From the NCBI GenBank assembly GCA_043739185.1, contig JAYUEN010000224.1, positions 1-43,536 on the forward strand: 43,536 bases of DNA, in the 5' to 3' direction. This DNA is from Bdellovibrionales bacterium (GTDB taxonomy: Bacteria; Bdellovibrionota; Bdellovibrionia; Bdellovibrionales; JAMPXM01). The notes under the pieces were generated by a model. It saw only the letters and a list, made by a program, of their open reading frames with translations, did no database searches and had not been told where the DNA came from. This document shows positions 1 through 9,209 of this stretch, piece by piece. The position numbers were made by a program, and so were the translations under genes. How positions within the stretch are numbered: the first letter of the stretch is position 1; every line of letters starts with the position of its first letter.

Positions 1-1233
1 TTGAAAATATTTTTCATTTTTCTCATCGCGCAAAAAAAATGATAAGTTATCCGCTGAAACTGTCACGCGATTTCGATTCGAGGGACCTGAGCAGTTACCT
101 ATTTTTTTAAAAGCGGCAAAACCATGATCCTTTAAAGAATGCACCTGATTTGTAGTATCCGAAATCGGAGGAGTTTGCAAAAAATCGATTTTGACTCCCC
201 CATTTCCTAGGATAAATTCCGGAGGATACTTTTCATTGAAATTTACAAAGGCCCCAATATGAGTATGCGAGGCTAGGACAGCTTGCAGTGCCCCCGACTT
301 ACTTAAATCTTCTCCGAGCTTGGGTGCTGTTTTTGGATCCACATCGCGACTTTTAGCCAAGAAGGGTCGATGAGTGAGAATCCAACGGAAGGTCACTCCG
401 GCATCTACTAGACTAAATTTCTGCAATTCTGCTCGTAGATGCTCTTCTTGATTTGAATCGATATTAATAAGTTGAAGGCCAGGCAGCTTAACAAGAAATG
501 TCGGGGTCTCTTCGCTACAGTTATTGATAGAGTTATAAGGCGAGGGCGAGAAAAACTGAAACCACTGCTTCCCAAAAGAATTGCAAGATTCGTGATTGCC
601 TCTTACGAAGATAAAGGGAGTCGTTTGCAGAAGTGCCTCCATTGGGATGATTACATCCTCAAGCCATGTTTGCCAACTCGGATGAGTTGACAAACCCTCG
701 CAGCGGGCATCGTTCGGAGCGCAATCGGCATCTCGATAACTATAATCACCTAGGTGAATGGCTACAGTCGGCTTTAAAAGTGCGGCGGCATGACTTAATT
801 TTTCAAGTGGCCACTCATTGGGGTTTTTGCAATTCTGAAAATAAATAGATTTCATTCGGCAACCCGAATCACCTAAAGCAACAATCGCCTCGAGATTCTC
901 ATGCAACACAGGCAAATGCCGTCCTTGTACAATAGCTGACTTAGTATTTTGACTTGCATTCCATTCGCATAAAATTTGACCTTTCTCAATTTCAGAAGTC
1001 CTCAAGGTCATTGTTTGGATTTTTTGATCTACTTCAATTTCAGGGCACGAATCCGAAATACTTATAACCCGAAAACTAATTTGACCATCGGCAATCAATT
1101 GGCTCCAATAATAAAGAATTTGAGCCTCATTGCTTCGTGCTGGATCGCGACTTTTTACCGATTGCTTTATCCTTAATTGTGAACAAGCAAAAAGTGAAAA
1201 GGCCAGAAATGCAGTCCAGATTATCTTTAGCAC
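1..1233 (-). CDS. Calcineurin-like metallophosphoesterase lipoprotein (3' end truncated by the window edge)
   Basis: Not in the ORF track. Hand translation of the minus strand shows an open frame from GTG 1233 (RBS GAGGAG) to base 1. It starts with the lipobox MLKIIWTAFLAFSLFAC and has the ordered motifs ALGDSGCR, IHLGDYSYR, FVRGNHE, WILTHRPF, LASHTH, FILGNGG. Confidence 0.9.
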   Translation of the reverse strand, partial: MLKIIWTAFLAFSLFACSQLRIKQSVKSRDPARSNEAQILYYWSQLIADGQISFRVISISDSCPEIEVDQKIQTMTLRTSEIEKGQILCEWNASQNTKSAIVQGRHLPVLHENLEAIVALGDSGCRMKSIYFQNCKNPNEWPLEKLSHAAALLKPTVAIHLGDYSYRDADCAPNDARCEGLSTHPSWQTWLEDVIIPMEALLQTTPFIFVRGNHESCNSFGKQWFQFFSPSPYNSINNCSEETPTFLVKLPGLQLINIDSNQEEHLRAELQKFSLVDAGVTFRWILTHRPFLAKSRDVDPKTAPKLGEDLSKSGALQAVLASHTHIGAFVNFNEKYPPEFILGNGGVKIDFLQTPPISDTTNQVHSLKDHGFAAFKKIGNCSGPSNRNRVTVSADNLSFFLRDEKNEKYFQ

Positions 1234-1312
1234 AAGCTCTCCTCACTTAACCCAACTATTCTTAGCTTCAAGGATATCAAATTTGGGTTTTTCAGAGGAG
1301 ACTAGTTTCTTG

Positions 1313-1338
1313 AAAAAAAAGGCCCTTTTATCAGGGCC
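1313..1338 (-). terminator. Intrinsic terminator after the lipoprotein gene
   Basis: Minus strand GGCCCT-GATAAA-AGGGCC followed by T8, 8 nt after the stop at 1347. Confidence 0.75.
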
Positions 1339-1346
1339 CCGGACAC

Positions 1347-2519
1347 TTAGAGGCTTGGCGGAATCACGATAGACATTTGGTAAAATACCGAAGGCGCTAT
1401 CCAATTTGCATTGGGCAAAAAGGCTTGGCTAGCAACATTTGGTGAAAGACTATGACAATCCGAATTGAAGGTCACAGTCGAGGTACCACGCTGAACACAG
1501 TATGGATTGCTCATGCCAGCAAGGTAGGCGGCAATCGCAGAAGGTGTCGTAGAACCTGATGTGGCAAGTGCTTGGCAAAGATCAGAATAATTATTGCACA
1601 GGCCATTGAAACCAAAATTTTGAATCGATGCTGTATTGGCTTCTGATCGTTTCATCATATAAAGGGCGGCTTTGGCGGCAATATGATCCGCAACAAAATC
1701 AGTATAGATTGCAAGACCTGTATTATCATTTGGAATCAAGCTGCAAGTTTTAGTGGTCGCTAAGGCTCCTGCAATTCCATTGTAAAACATCGACTGACCA
1801 CTCCACATATCAGCATTTCGAGTTACTGAAATTCGGGCTGAAGTCGGATCATCTGGCTTCTTCACATTGCAACTCATATCGGTAACTGTGATTTGTGAAT
1901 GCCAGTGTGTGATATCTGTAAAGTTAACTTGAATATCAAGTTTTCCGCCACGACTCCCTGGCTTTCCTTGATCGAGTACTCCGGCATCTAACTGAATATC
2001 ATACAATGTTGGGCTTGCCGAAACTCTACCGACAGGAATATTTCCAGAAAGTATGAGAAAGTCATAATCAAGTAGAGATCTTTTTTTGTATTGAATAGTT
2101 AAATTCTTATCCGGAATTTGCACCGTACCTGATGAATTATTTGGTGTCTGAGCTAGATCTTGCGCCACTTGCTCAACCATCTGCTCAGTTAAAAAGACGG
2201 CAGCTTGACCAAAAAGAAGATAGGCTCGAATCAGTCTGGGCTGACAAGCGGTGAAGTCTAAACCTGCGCAAATATCCTTGCTTCCGTCTGAAGAAATCGC
2301 AGATGAAGCAGGAGCACCGGCTGCTGCGGTTTGGTTTTTGTCTCCGTTATCCTTGATTGACTCAGGGACATAGTCATTTTGTACGGCTTTTAAATTGGCA
2401 GAAACTACCGACATAGCAGCATTGTTATTTGCGCTGTCATCTAATTTCGAATCGCAGCCAAAAAACAATCCCGACATCAAAAACGTAAGACACATTTTAT
2501 TAAAATTCTTGATCAACAT
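1347..2519 (-). CDS. Uncharacterised Cys-containing lipoprotein, probable ECF target
   Basis: 390-aa ORF, RBS AGGAGG, lipobox LFFGC, multiple Cys; no family recognised. Confidence 0.85.
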   Translation of the reverse strand: MLIKNFNKMCLTFLMSGLFFGCDSKLDDSANNNAAMSVVSANLKAVQNDYVPESIKDNGDKNQTAAAGAPASSAISSDGSKDICAGLDFTACQPRLIRAYLLFGQAAVFLTEQMVEQVAQDLAQTPNNSSGTVQIPDKNLTIQYKKRSLLDYDFLILSGNIPVGRVSASPTLYDIQLDAGVLDQGKPGSRGGKLDIQVNFTDITHWHSQITVTDMSCNVKKPDDPTSARISVTRNADMWSGQSMFYNGIAGALATTKTCSLIPNDNTGLAIYTDFVADHIAAKAALYMMKRSEANTASIQNFGFNGLCNNYSDLCQALATSGSTTPSAIAAYLAGMSNPYCVQRGTSTVTFNSDCHSLSPNVASQAFLPNANWIAPSVFYQMSIVIPPSL

Positions 2520-2542
2520 AAATACCTCCTATTTATTACTCC

Positions 2543-2573
2543 ATAAACGAATTGAGCCCGTAATTTGTGCCAA
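2543..2573 (-). promoter_or_regulatory. Putative ECF-sigma promoter for the lipoprotein
   Basis: Minus strand TTGGCACAAA-N14-CGTTTAT; same architecture as the + strand copy at 2639-2669. Confidence 0.7.
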
Positions 2574-2638
2574 AAATATTATGACGCAACATATTGAGAT
2601 CACTGTGCTTTTAAGAAATAGCTTTTTTTATTAGAAAA

Positions 2639-2669
2639 TTGGCACAAACTAACTGGATAAGACGTTCAT
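2639..2669 (+). promoter_or_regulatory. Putative autoregulatory ECF-sigma promoter
   Basis: TTGGCACAAA-N14-CGTTCAT upstream of the sigma gene; a CGT -10 core is typical of ECF promoters. Confidence 0.7.
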
Positions 2670-2743
2670 AAGTTAGACAGACCCAAGAACATCTTTTAGA
2701 CGTCGGCAAATTTGATTAATACATTATATAGAGGTGCTCTTGA

Positions 2744-3262
2744 TTGGATGATGGAGAGATTGACTGCGGAAATGAAAGGACCATTCATATGCTTTATTTA
2801 AAGCTTGCGCGTCCCGCTTTGGGAAAGACCATGAATCTTGTCAATTCATCTGCGGCTGAAGAAATCCTTCAAGAGGTATTCACCAAGCTTTGGCATAATA
2901 AAATGAAATTTCCCAATATAAAAAGTGCATATGCATTTGTATATAAATGCTGTACCAATGCCGCCATCGATTATATGAGAAATCGCAATCATTCGCATTC
3001 AGTCCTCGATGATGAAATCAAGAGTTCGTCAATCTCCCCGGATGATCTTGAACAAAAAATGCTGATTCGAGATCTTTGGGCAAAAACCGTAAAACTCCTC
3101 ACTGCGGACGAAGCAGCTCTTTTTATTTATCGGCAAATAGAGGGGCTTAGCCAAGATGAAGTCGCAGAAGTCATGCACATATCTAGAAGATCCGTCAATC
3201 GTCTGCAAGAAAAACTCGATTTCAAACTTGAGAAAATAAGGAGTATAAATCATGTCGGATGA
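2744..3262 (+). CDS. ECF-type RNA polymerase sigma factor
   Basis: Region 2 (AEEILQEVFTKLW...NAAIDYMR) and region 4 HTH (EGLSQDEVAEVMHISRRSVNR); RBS GAGGTG. Confidence 0.92.
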   Translation: MDDGEIDCGNERTIHMLYLKLARPALGKTMNLVNSSAAEEILQEVFTKLWHNKMKFPNIKSAYAFVYKCCTNAAIDYMRNRNHSHSVLDDEIKSSSISPDDLEQKMLIRDLWAKTVKLLTADEAALFIYRQIEGLSQDEVAEVMHISRRSVNRLQEKLDFKLEKIRSINHVG

Positions 3263-3935
3263 CTCACTTTTCTCAAAACATTTACGAATCATTTCGGAGG
3301 ATCCTCAAACTTGGTCACCTGAAGTTCGCAAAGAATCTGAATATTTGCAAAGTCTAAGATTGCCTGAACTTGAATTAAAAACCTCATGGAGAATGAAGTT
3401 CAAAAGTGAAATACAATTAAGTCTTGGCGCTTTGCTTATGGCTTCTTTTGCACTCATTTTCTTTTTACCTCGCCATGAAATCTTAACGCCAAAGGGAGCC
3501 TTTCAAGTCTCGGTTTTCGTAGAACATGAAGGCAAGCTTTCTCCTTTAAAATCAGAAAGCCTATTAAAAGATGGCGACAAAGTCGCGGCAAGTGTTAACA
3601 GTGCTGAAGATTCTTATGCTTACTGGGCTATAACTGATCACCAGCTCAAAGTCTTAACGCCAAAAGAAGATATCGAATCGAGTCGTCTATTTTTACCCGC
3701 AGGGGTTTCAAAATCTTTTGAGTCAAGTTTTGTATTGGTCGCGCCCAATCAAGGCGAGCATTTGGTTGTGGTGGTTTGTCCGAAGTCTGAAAATAAAACG
3801 CCTGAGAAATCGGATTCGAAAAAACCCATTGATTCACTCTTTAATCATGATTTTGTTACTCAACTTCAAGCTGGCGGCCCATTGCAATCAAGCCAATGTA
3901 TTTTCGTTGGGTATCGCCTGAGGAGGCTACCGTGA
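3252..3935 (+). CDS. Putative single-pass membrane anti-sigma factor with a DUF4384-like extracytoplasmic domain
   Basis: Overlaps the sigma stop, RBS AGGAG. Short N-terminal domain, TM LGALLMASFALIFFL, then TPKG and a beta-rich domain (LKDGDKV...GEHLVVVVC). Confidence 0.7.
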   Translation: MSDDSLFSKHLRIISEDPQTWSPEVRKESEYLQSLRLPELELKTSWRMKFKSEIQLSLGALLMASFALIFFLPRHEILTPKGAFQVSVFVEHEGKLSPLKSESLLKDGDKVAASVNSAEDSYAYWAITDHQLKVLTPKEDIESSRLFLPAGVSKSFESSFVLVAPNQGEHLVVVVCPKSENKTPEKSDSKKPIDSLFNHDFVTQLQAGGPLQSSQCIFVGYRLRRLP

Positions 3936-5476
3936 ACTTAAGAATTTGCGGCTTCACTCTAGTTTATTTATTGAATAATTCATTGGCTTTTTTCTTTGCT
4001 TTTTTTCTGGGCTCGCCCTTAGCCTTAAGCGAATCCAATTCTGATTTGCAGGCACTCGTAATCAGTGCTGACAATTCTTATATCGCAAGCGAGAAGAGTT
4101 TGGAGTTTGCCTCAAAGGATGCTGAAAGAGTCTCGCGAGCTCTCATCTCAGCTTCAAAGGTTCCAGAAGCAAATATCACCAATTTAAAAAACCCTCAAAT
4201 GATTGAGGTCGACCGAGCCATAAATAAACTTGCAAAAAATCCCTCGCAAAAATTTATGCTTTATTTTTCTGGGCACTCTGACGAAAATGGCTTACATCTC
4301 AAAGATGGCTCTATTACCAAAACGAAATTTCATGAATTGCTTTCGAAAATAAGTGCAAAGGTTAAAATTGTCATTTTAGATAGCTGCTTCTCAGGAGCAC
4401 TAAAGTCAAAAGGTGCCGAAAAAGCAAAGCCCATAGATTTGGTACAATACAATTTTGACGAACCCACGGGAAGTGTTGTACTCACCTCGAGTTCCGGAAC
4501 TGAATTGTCTTATGAAAGCGATCGGCTCAAAGGAAGTATTTTCACCTACCACTTGGTGTCTGGCCTTTACGGACAAGCTGACGCCAACGGAGATGGTGTG
4601 GTGACAATTGATGAACTCTATCAATATGTTTACGCCCAAACAAAATTTCAAAGTATGGTTTCTGGTGGAAAGGTTCAAAGTCCTGAATTTGAATCCAAAC
4701 TAACAGGTCAAGGGGCTTTGGTGGTATCTTATCCGGCGCGAATCAATGGCCAACTTGAACTTGCAAAGCCGGTTCAAGGAGAACTTACTTTGACCGCCTC
4801 TAAAGGAATTAATTTTTTTAAATTTTATAAAAACAAAGATGATCAAAAATTTATAAGCATCCCAAAAGGCCAATACGACGTAACTCTTCTTGAAGAAAGC
4901 CGCATTGGTACCGGCCAAATTGAAATCGAAGAGCATAAGACGCAGTCTCTTAATCCCGACTCATTGGTTTGGCAAAAACGAGATGTGCCCCCGGTTCGCG
5001 CCAAAGGAGCTCAACCTAAATTTTTATTTGGACTTAATATTTCTTCTCACCCCGGCTTTCATGACAATGAACAAAGTGCTGCAATGGCAGAACTCTTTTT
5101 GTTGTCACCCTCGACTGAGGCCCTTTATGGCCGATGGCGACTAGCTGCCTATCTTGGAGGTGAAAGTCACAATCTTCAATATTCCAATCAAAAAGTAGAC
5201 TACAATCGCATGAGTATCGGCGGCGAGGGCAATTATCGCGGTTGGAACCGCTGGAACAACGAGTGGTTAATTGGATTGGCTGTCGGAGTCCTAACTTCAA
5301 ATAATAATTCAAATGATCCTTCAGGTGCATCACTTACGCATTTTCTTATTGGTTCGCGTTTTTATCCCAGTAGTATGAAATTCAATTGGGATATTTTATT
5401 TGGCGTTGATTCTATGAAGAGCGGAAATTCCGAACCACGAAGTGTAAATACATTTGGCTTTGGAATTAGTTTTTAA
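3932..5476 (+). CDS. Exported caspase-family (peptidase C14) protein with EF-hand-like loop and C-terminal beta-barrel-like domain
   Basis: His/Cys dyad YFSGHSD and ILDSCFSG; GSIFTYHL; ADANGDGVVTIDELY; hydrophobic N-terminus; ends FGFGISF. Start moved to GTG 3932 (RBS AGGAGG 3921-3926, GTGA overlap with the upstream stop). Confidence 0.9.
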   Translation: MNLRICGFTLVYLLNNSLAFFFAFFLGSPLALSESNSDLQALVISADNSYIASEKSLEFASKDAERVSRALISASKVPEANITNLKNPQMIEVDRAINKLAKNPSQKFMLYFSGHSDENGLHLKDGSITKTKFHELLSKISAKVKIVILDSCFSGALKSKGAEKAKPIDLVQYNFDEPTGSVVLTSSSGTELSYESDRLKGSIFTYHLVSGLYGQADANGDGVVTIDELYQYVYAQTKFQSMVSGGKVQSPEFESKLTGQGALVVSYPARINGQLELAKPVQGELTLTASKGINFFKFYKNKDDQKFISIPKGQYDVTLLEESRIGTGQIEIEEHKTQSLNPDSLVWQKRDVPPVRAKGAQPKFLFGLNISSHPGFHDNEQSAAMAELFLLSPSTEALYGRWRLAAYLGGESHNLQYSNQKVDYNRMSIGGEGNYRGWNRWNNEWLIGLAVGVLTSNNNSNDPSGASLTHFLIGSRFYPSSMKFNWDILFGVDSMKSGNSEPRSVNTFGFGISF

Positions 5477-5641
5477 TTTCTTCACACAATGTGATTTTCT
5501 GTAGAGTGAAATTTTTAAAGAAAACTGTAATTAAAAAAGACAAATTTAATTTGTAAACAGATCTCATCCAAAATCTTTTTTTTCAAAAAGATAAAACCCA
5601 AATAAAATTAGGCCTTTAATTTTTCAAGGAAAAATTCACCA

Positions 5642-5657
5642 TGGCCTTTGGATTGCA
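5642..5657 (+). promoter_or_regulatory. Putative sigma54 (-24/-12) promoter
   Basis: TGGCCT-TTGGA-TTGCA with correct GG-N10-GC spacing, upstream of the Pro-Thr lipoprotein. Confidence 0.55.
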
Positions 5658-5695
5658 ATTTTCTATAGGTGAGTTCAACTTCACTGGGAATACAT

Positions 5696-6652
5696 ATGAA
5701 ATATGCACTACTGATCATCTTCGTAGCCTTGGCGACTTCTTGCAATCCTGTGAGCTTCAAACCGTCCAATCAATCGTCAAATCCTAATGATTTAGCTGGA
5801 CCATCGCCCAGCTCACAACTTCTTTGCCCAGACGGCAGCATCCCACTCTTAGATAGCGCAAATCCATGCCCGACACCTACTCCGACACGGACACCTACGC
5901 CTACACCTACTCCTACTCCGACACCAACTCCTACTCCGACACCAACTCCTACGCCTACATCTACTCCTACGCCTACTCCTACTCCTACGCCGACTCCTAC
6001 GCCGACACCGACACCTACTCCTACGCCGACACCTACTCCGACGCCGACACCAACTCCTACGCCAACTCCGATTTCGGCGCCACCAATTATAAGTATTGAA
6101 TCCGGCGGGCCATTTTTGGAAGTTGTTTCTTCAGGCTTTGGATATCCTTGGCAATCGAGCGATGGCAGCTGTTGGACTCTAGGTATAGATTATACCAGCT
6201 TCGCGGTTTACCCAATTTGCGAAATGCCAACTGTTTTAATTGCAAATTCAAATAAATACTCAGTACTTTATTTCGATATAAATGAAGTGGGACTCAGTAG
6301 TTTGAATCAAAGTATTTTAGGAGTTTGGATTAATCATGCCAACCTAGCTTTTCAGAATATGAAGTTTCAAGTCGCCGGATTTATATCGAATGATAATATT
6401 GATGGCACTTTAGAAAATCAAATTATGGGCCAAAGATTAGCGTCGATCTTAAATCAATTGGTACATCAGTCTAGTCACAAACAATTGGTAAATGTGAATA
6501 TTGGTATCCGAGGAGTCAACAAATTCAGTTGTCAAATAGATCTCAATCAGATTTCAAATAGTGCTTCAAAATGCTTAAGCCAAAGCAGACATTATCCCCA
6601 GAGCTTCATTTCATCCGGATTTTTTATTGATGAAATTGAAATTAAATGGTGA
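5696..6652 (+). CDS. Lipoprotein with a long Pro-Thr linker
   Basis: [16 protein letters not shown] lipobox from ATG 5696 (track start GTG 5669); about 67-aa (PT)n linker; unknown C-terminal domain. Confidence 0.85.
   Translation: MKYALLIIFVALATSCNPVSFKPSNQSSNPNDLAGPSPSSQLLCPDGSIPLLDSANPCPTPTPTRTPTPTPTPTPTPTPTPTPTPTPTSTPTPTPTPTPTPTPTPTPTPTPTPTPTPTPTPTPTPISAPPIISIESGGPFLEVVSSGFGYPWQSSDGSCWTLGIDYTSFAVYPICEMPTVLIANSNKYSVLYFDINEVGLSSLNQSILGVWINHANLAFQNMKFQVAGFISNDNIDGTLENQIMGQRLASILNQLVHQSSHKQLVNVNIGIRGVNKFSCQIDLNQISNSASKCLSQSRHYPQSFISSGFFIDEIEIKW
5870..6070 (+). repeat. Coding hexamer repeat (CCN-ACN)n encoding Pro-Thr
   Basis: About 33 units with variable third positions. Confidence 0.95.
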
Positions 6653-6837
6653 AGAATAATTGCTAAGGTCTAGTTATTCAAATTAATCTGAATTAATTCG
6701 AGCAAAATAATAAGACCTCTTGCGCTTTTACTTCATAGATATCAGCACTATATATCCCGCCCTGTCCTTGGTCGAGTTGAATCAAAAAATTTGAATATCC
6801 TCAACAGCTTTTGATTCGAATTGCCGAACAGTAACCT

Positions 6838-8022
6838 ATGAGCGTTAATCAAATTCGTCGCCTAAAGCCAAATGAAATGATCTTCAATGAAAATGACGTG
6901 GGTGAATGCGCCTATCTCATTGAGCGCGGACGAGTTCTGATCTATATCAAAAATAAAAATGATGAAATTCCGTTGAAGGTATTAGATAAAGGCGAAGTCT
7001 TTGGTGAGATGTCCTTGATTGACGGCAGCCCTCGATCCGCGGCATGCCGTGCAATTGATGATGTGCAACTCTTGATTGTAACCAAAACTCAACTCACAGA
7101 TCGAATTGTTGCCGCTGATCCAGTTGTGCGACTATTGATGCAAGCACTTCTTGAACGTTTACGAGCACAAAACGATCGCCTGCGCGGAAAGATTTCTTCA
7201 CACTCAATCCCGTCAATTGAAACTTTGACTGCAGAAAAAAAGGCCGCGGTTGAAAGAATCGGATTAGAAAACCGCATTGCTCAAGGAATTGAAGACAAAG
7301 AATTCATACCATTTTATCAACCCATTTATGATTTAAATACTTGCGAAGTCCGAGGCTGCGAAGCCCTCCTCAGATGGCTTACCAAAGATCGTGGCATCGT
7401 CTCCCCAGCAGTTTTTATGGATATTATGGAGGACTCTTCGCTCATCTTAGATGCCGGCAAGGCAGTAATTGAAGACAGTGCCGCCGACCTTGATAAAATG
7501 TTAAGTCACTTTGGAGCAGATTTTTTTGTGAGCGTGAATGTGAGCGGACGTCAATTTATGACCCCTGACTTTATTGATCATCTAAAAGCTACCTGCGAAC
7601 GCTTCAAAGTATCGCCCTATCAAATTAAGCTTGAGCTTACAGAACGCATAATGACCGAAGGAAAAAATGTTTTAAATACCTTGCACGAATGTCGTGCCTT
7701 AGGTTTTCAACTTGCAATTGACGATTTTGGAACCGGTTTTTCAAGCCTACAATATCTTGCCAAGATGCCAATCACTCACCTTAAAATTGATCGTGCCTTT
7801 GTCATGAATTTATTTACAGACAATAAGAGCCTCGTTGTCGTGAAATCAATTATACATATGGCAAATTTGTTAGGTCTAAAGCTAATTGCAGAGGGAATTG
7901 AAACTCGCGAGCAGCTTAACCTTTTGAGAAGTCTGGGCGTTGATCAGGGCCAAGGATTTCTCTTTTCAAAACCCCTCCCTCTTCAAGATTTCAACCAACT
8001 TGCATTAAAAAGTGCTGCATAA
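6838..8022 (+). CDS. cNMP-binding + EAL c-di-GMP phosphodiesterase
   Basis: GEVFGEMSLIDGSPRSA; EALLRW, SVNVS, LELTER, IDDFGTGFSSL, KID, AEGIE and QG motifs all intact. Confidence 0.93.
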   Translation: MSVNQIRRLKPNEMIFNENDVGECAYLIERGRVLIYIKNKNDEIPLKVLDKGEVFGEMSLIDGSPRSAACRAIDDVQLLIVTKTQLTDRIVAADPVVRLLMQALLERLRAQNDRLRGKISSHSIPSIETLTAEKKAAVERIGLENRIAQGIEDKEFIPFYQPIYDLNTCEVRGCEALLRWLTKDRGIVSPAVFMDIMEDSSLILDAGKAVIEDSAADLDKMLSHFGADFFVSVNVSGRQFMTPDFIDHLKATCERFKVSPYQIKLELTERIMTEGKNVLNTLHECRALGFQLAIDDFGTGFSSLQYLAKMPITHLKIDRAFVMNLFTDNKSLVVVKSIIHMANLLGLKLIAEGIETREQLNLLRSLGVDQGQGFLFSKPLPLQDFNQLALKSAA

Positions 8023-8101
8023 GCGCCTTAATTTTTTAATCTAGACAAGCTCTAAATCTCTAAGCTAGCATCTTCTTAAATCAATTTTAGGAGGAGATAT
8101 T

Positions 8102-8506
8102 ATGAAGTTTCAATTTATTGTGTTCTCAATCGCAATCATTGCATCGTCTCTAGCAAGAGCCAATTTCAGTACAGATTGCAAATTCGCCTATCGCACCTCT
8201 TCTCAAGATTTGGTAAAGGCGATATTAGAGTTCAAAGATAAAAAAACCCTCTCTCGAGATCTGGGGCTTTCTGCCGCCGCCATTGATTTTCAAGTGGCTG
8301 GCTTAAGAGGCGCTTGTTATTTTGCCGAACCATCTGAGAATCGCCCATGTGTCGAAAAGTATTTGAAAGTTTACAATGCCCTTAAAAGCAAAATTAATGC
8401 TGCAGATTTGATGAGTGGCAAGCAAACAGATGTTGACTATTCAAGTGTCGAAAACATTATTGTCGCTGCCAAAATTAAAATTACCGATATTCAATGTAAC
8501 TTCTAA
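8102..8506 (+). CDS. Secreted hypothetical protein
   Basis: RBS AGGAGGAG, Sec signal ending ARA, 4 Cys. Confidence 0.8.
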   Translation: MKFQFIVFSIAIIASSLARANFSTDCKFAYRTSSQDLVKAILEFKDKKTLSRDLGLSAAAIDFQVAGLRGACYFAEPSENRPCVEKYLKVYNALKSKINAADLMSGKQTDVDYSSVENIIVAAKIKITDIQCNF

Positions 8507-8515
8507 TACGCGCTT

Positions 8516-9154
8516 TTAGAGCAAAGGACTGGCCAAAGCCTGAGTCTTCAGATCAATCATATATGGTTTATTTGAAGGCTCTTTTTCATCGAGCTTTTTA
8601 AGTAAAACAAAGGCTCGTGCGCGTTTCAAATCAAAATCAAGCGAAGTAAGATCTAAATTTTCAGGAGTTATAATTTTAATTCCCGTTCCGTCTAAATGGG
8701 CAATACTCAAACGCCTTGGAGCTTCAGCATTAGTTTTGGTGATCAAAAACATTAGCTTTGAAATTTCTGGGTTTTCTTTATTCAATTTAGGATCCAAGAT
8801 TAAAAAACTTTCAATTTTTATGGGTGAATCAAATAGTGGCTTTGGCTTTAAATTATTCTTATCTACTAAAATAATATTTTCACAATTGCAATTTCGCATA
8901 CCAATAAATGAATTATAAGCAAGTACACTATCCCCTCCTCCTGCTGAATAACTCATGATTGAACCAAAGCCTTTGCCTGAATCGCCGCTCAATTGCGGAA
9001 TATAATAAAAATGACTTTGTTCGTGATTGATAACTTGTCCATAATTTTTGACTTCGCTTTTTTTCTCAACGTCCTTACCAAACATATTTAGACCCCAAAA
9101 AATTATGTTTAAGAAAACAAAAAGTACTTTTGTCACATCAACCCCAGTTCTCAA
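8516..9154 (-). CDS. Hypothetical, probably exported protein
   Basis: 212-aa ORF with a hydrophobic N-terminus; IAHLDGTGIKIIT resembles a TolB-like propeller blade; start uncertain. Confidence 0.65.
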   Translation of the reverse strand: MRTGVDVTKVLFVFLNIIFWGLNMFGKDVEKKSEVKNYGQVINHEQSHFYYIPQLSGDSGKGFGSIMSYSAGGGDSVLAYNSFIGMRNCNCENIILVDKNNLKPKPLFDSPIKIESFLILDPKLNKENPEISKLMFLITKTNAEAPRRLSIAHLDGTGIKIITPENLDLTSLDFDLKRARAFVLLKKLDEKEPSNKPYMIDLKTQALASPLL

Positions 9155-9209
9155 TGTTCTAAGATTTTAAATTCTAAATCCAATCAAAATAATGGTCAAC
9201 GATGATAAG

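Noticed and set aside
472..1372. Four short + strand ORFs (60-80 aa)
   Set aside because: Antisense shadows of the minus-strand metallophosphoesterase.
2564..2648. TTGGCAC sites as sigma54 promoters or a stem-loop
   Set aside because: No TTGC at -12, and the conserved N14-CGTT on both copies fits two ECF promoters better.
5866..6099. Tyr-rich 77-aa ORF or CRISPR-like array
   Set aside because: Alternate frame of the Pro-Thr repeat; no repeat-spacer structure.
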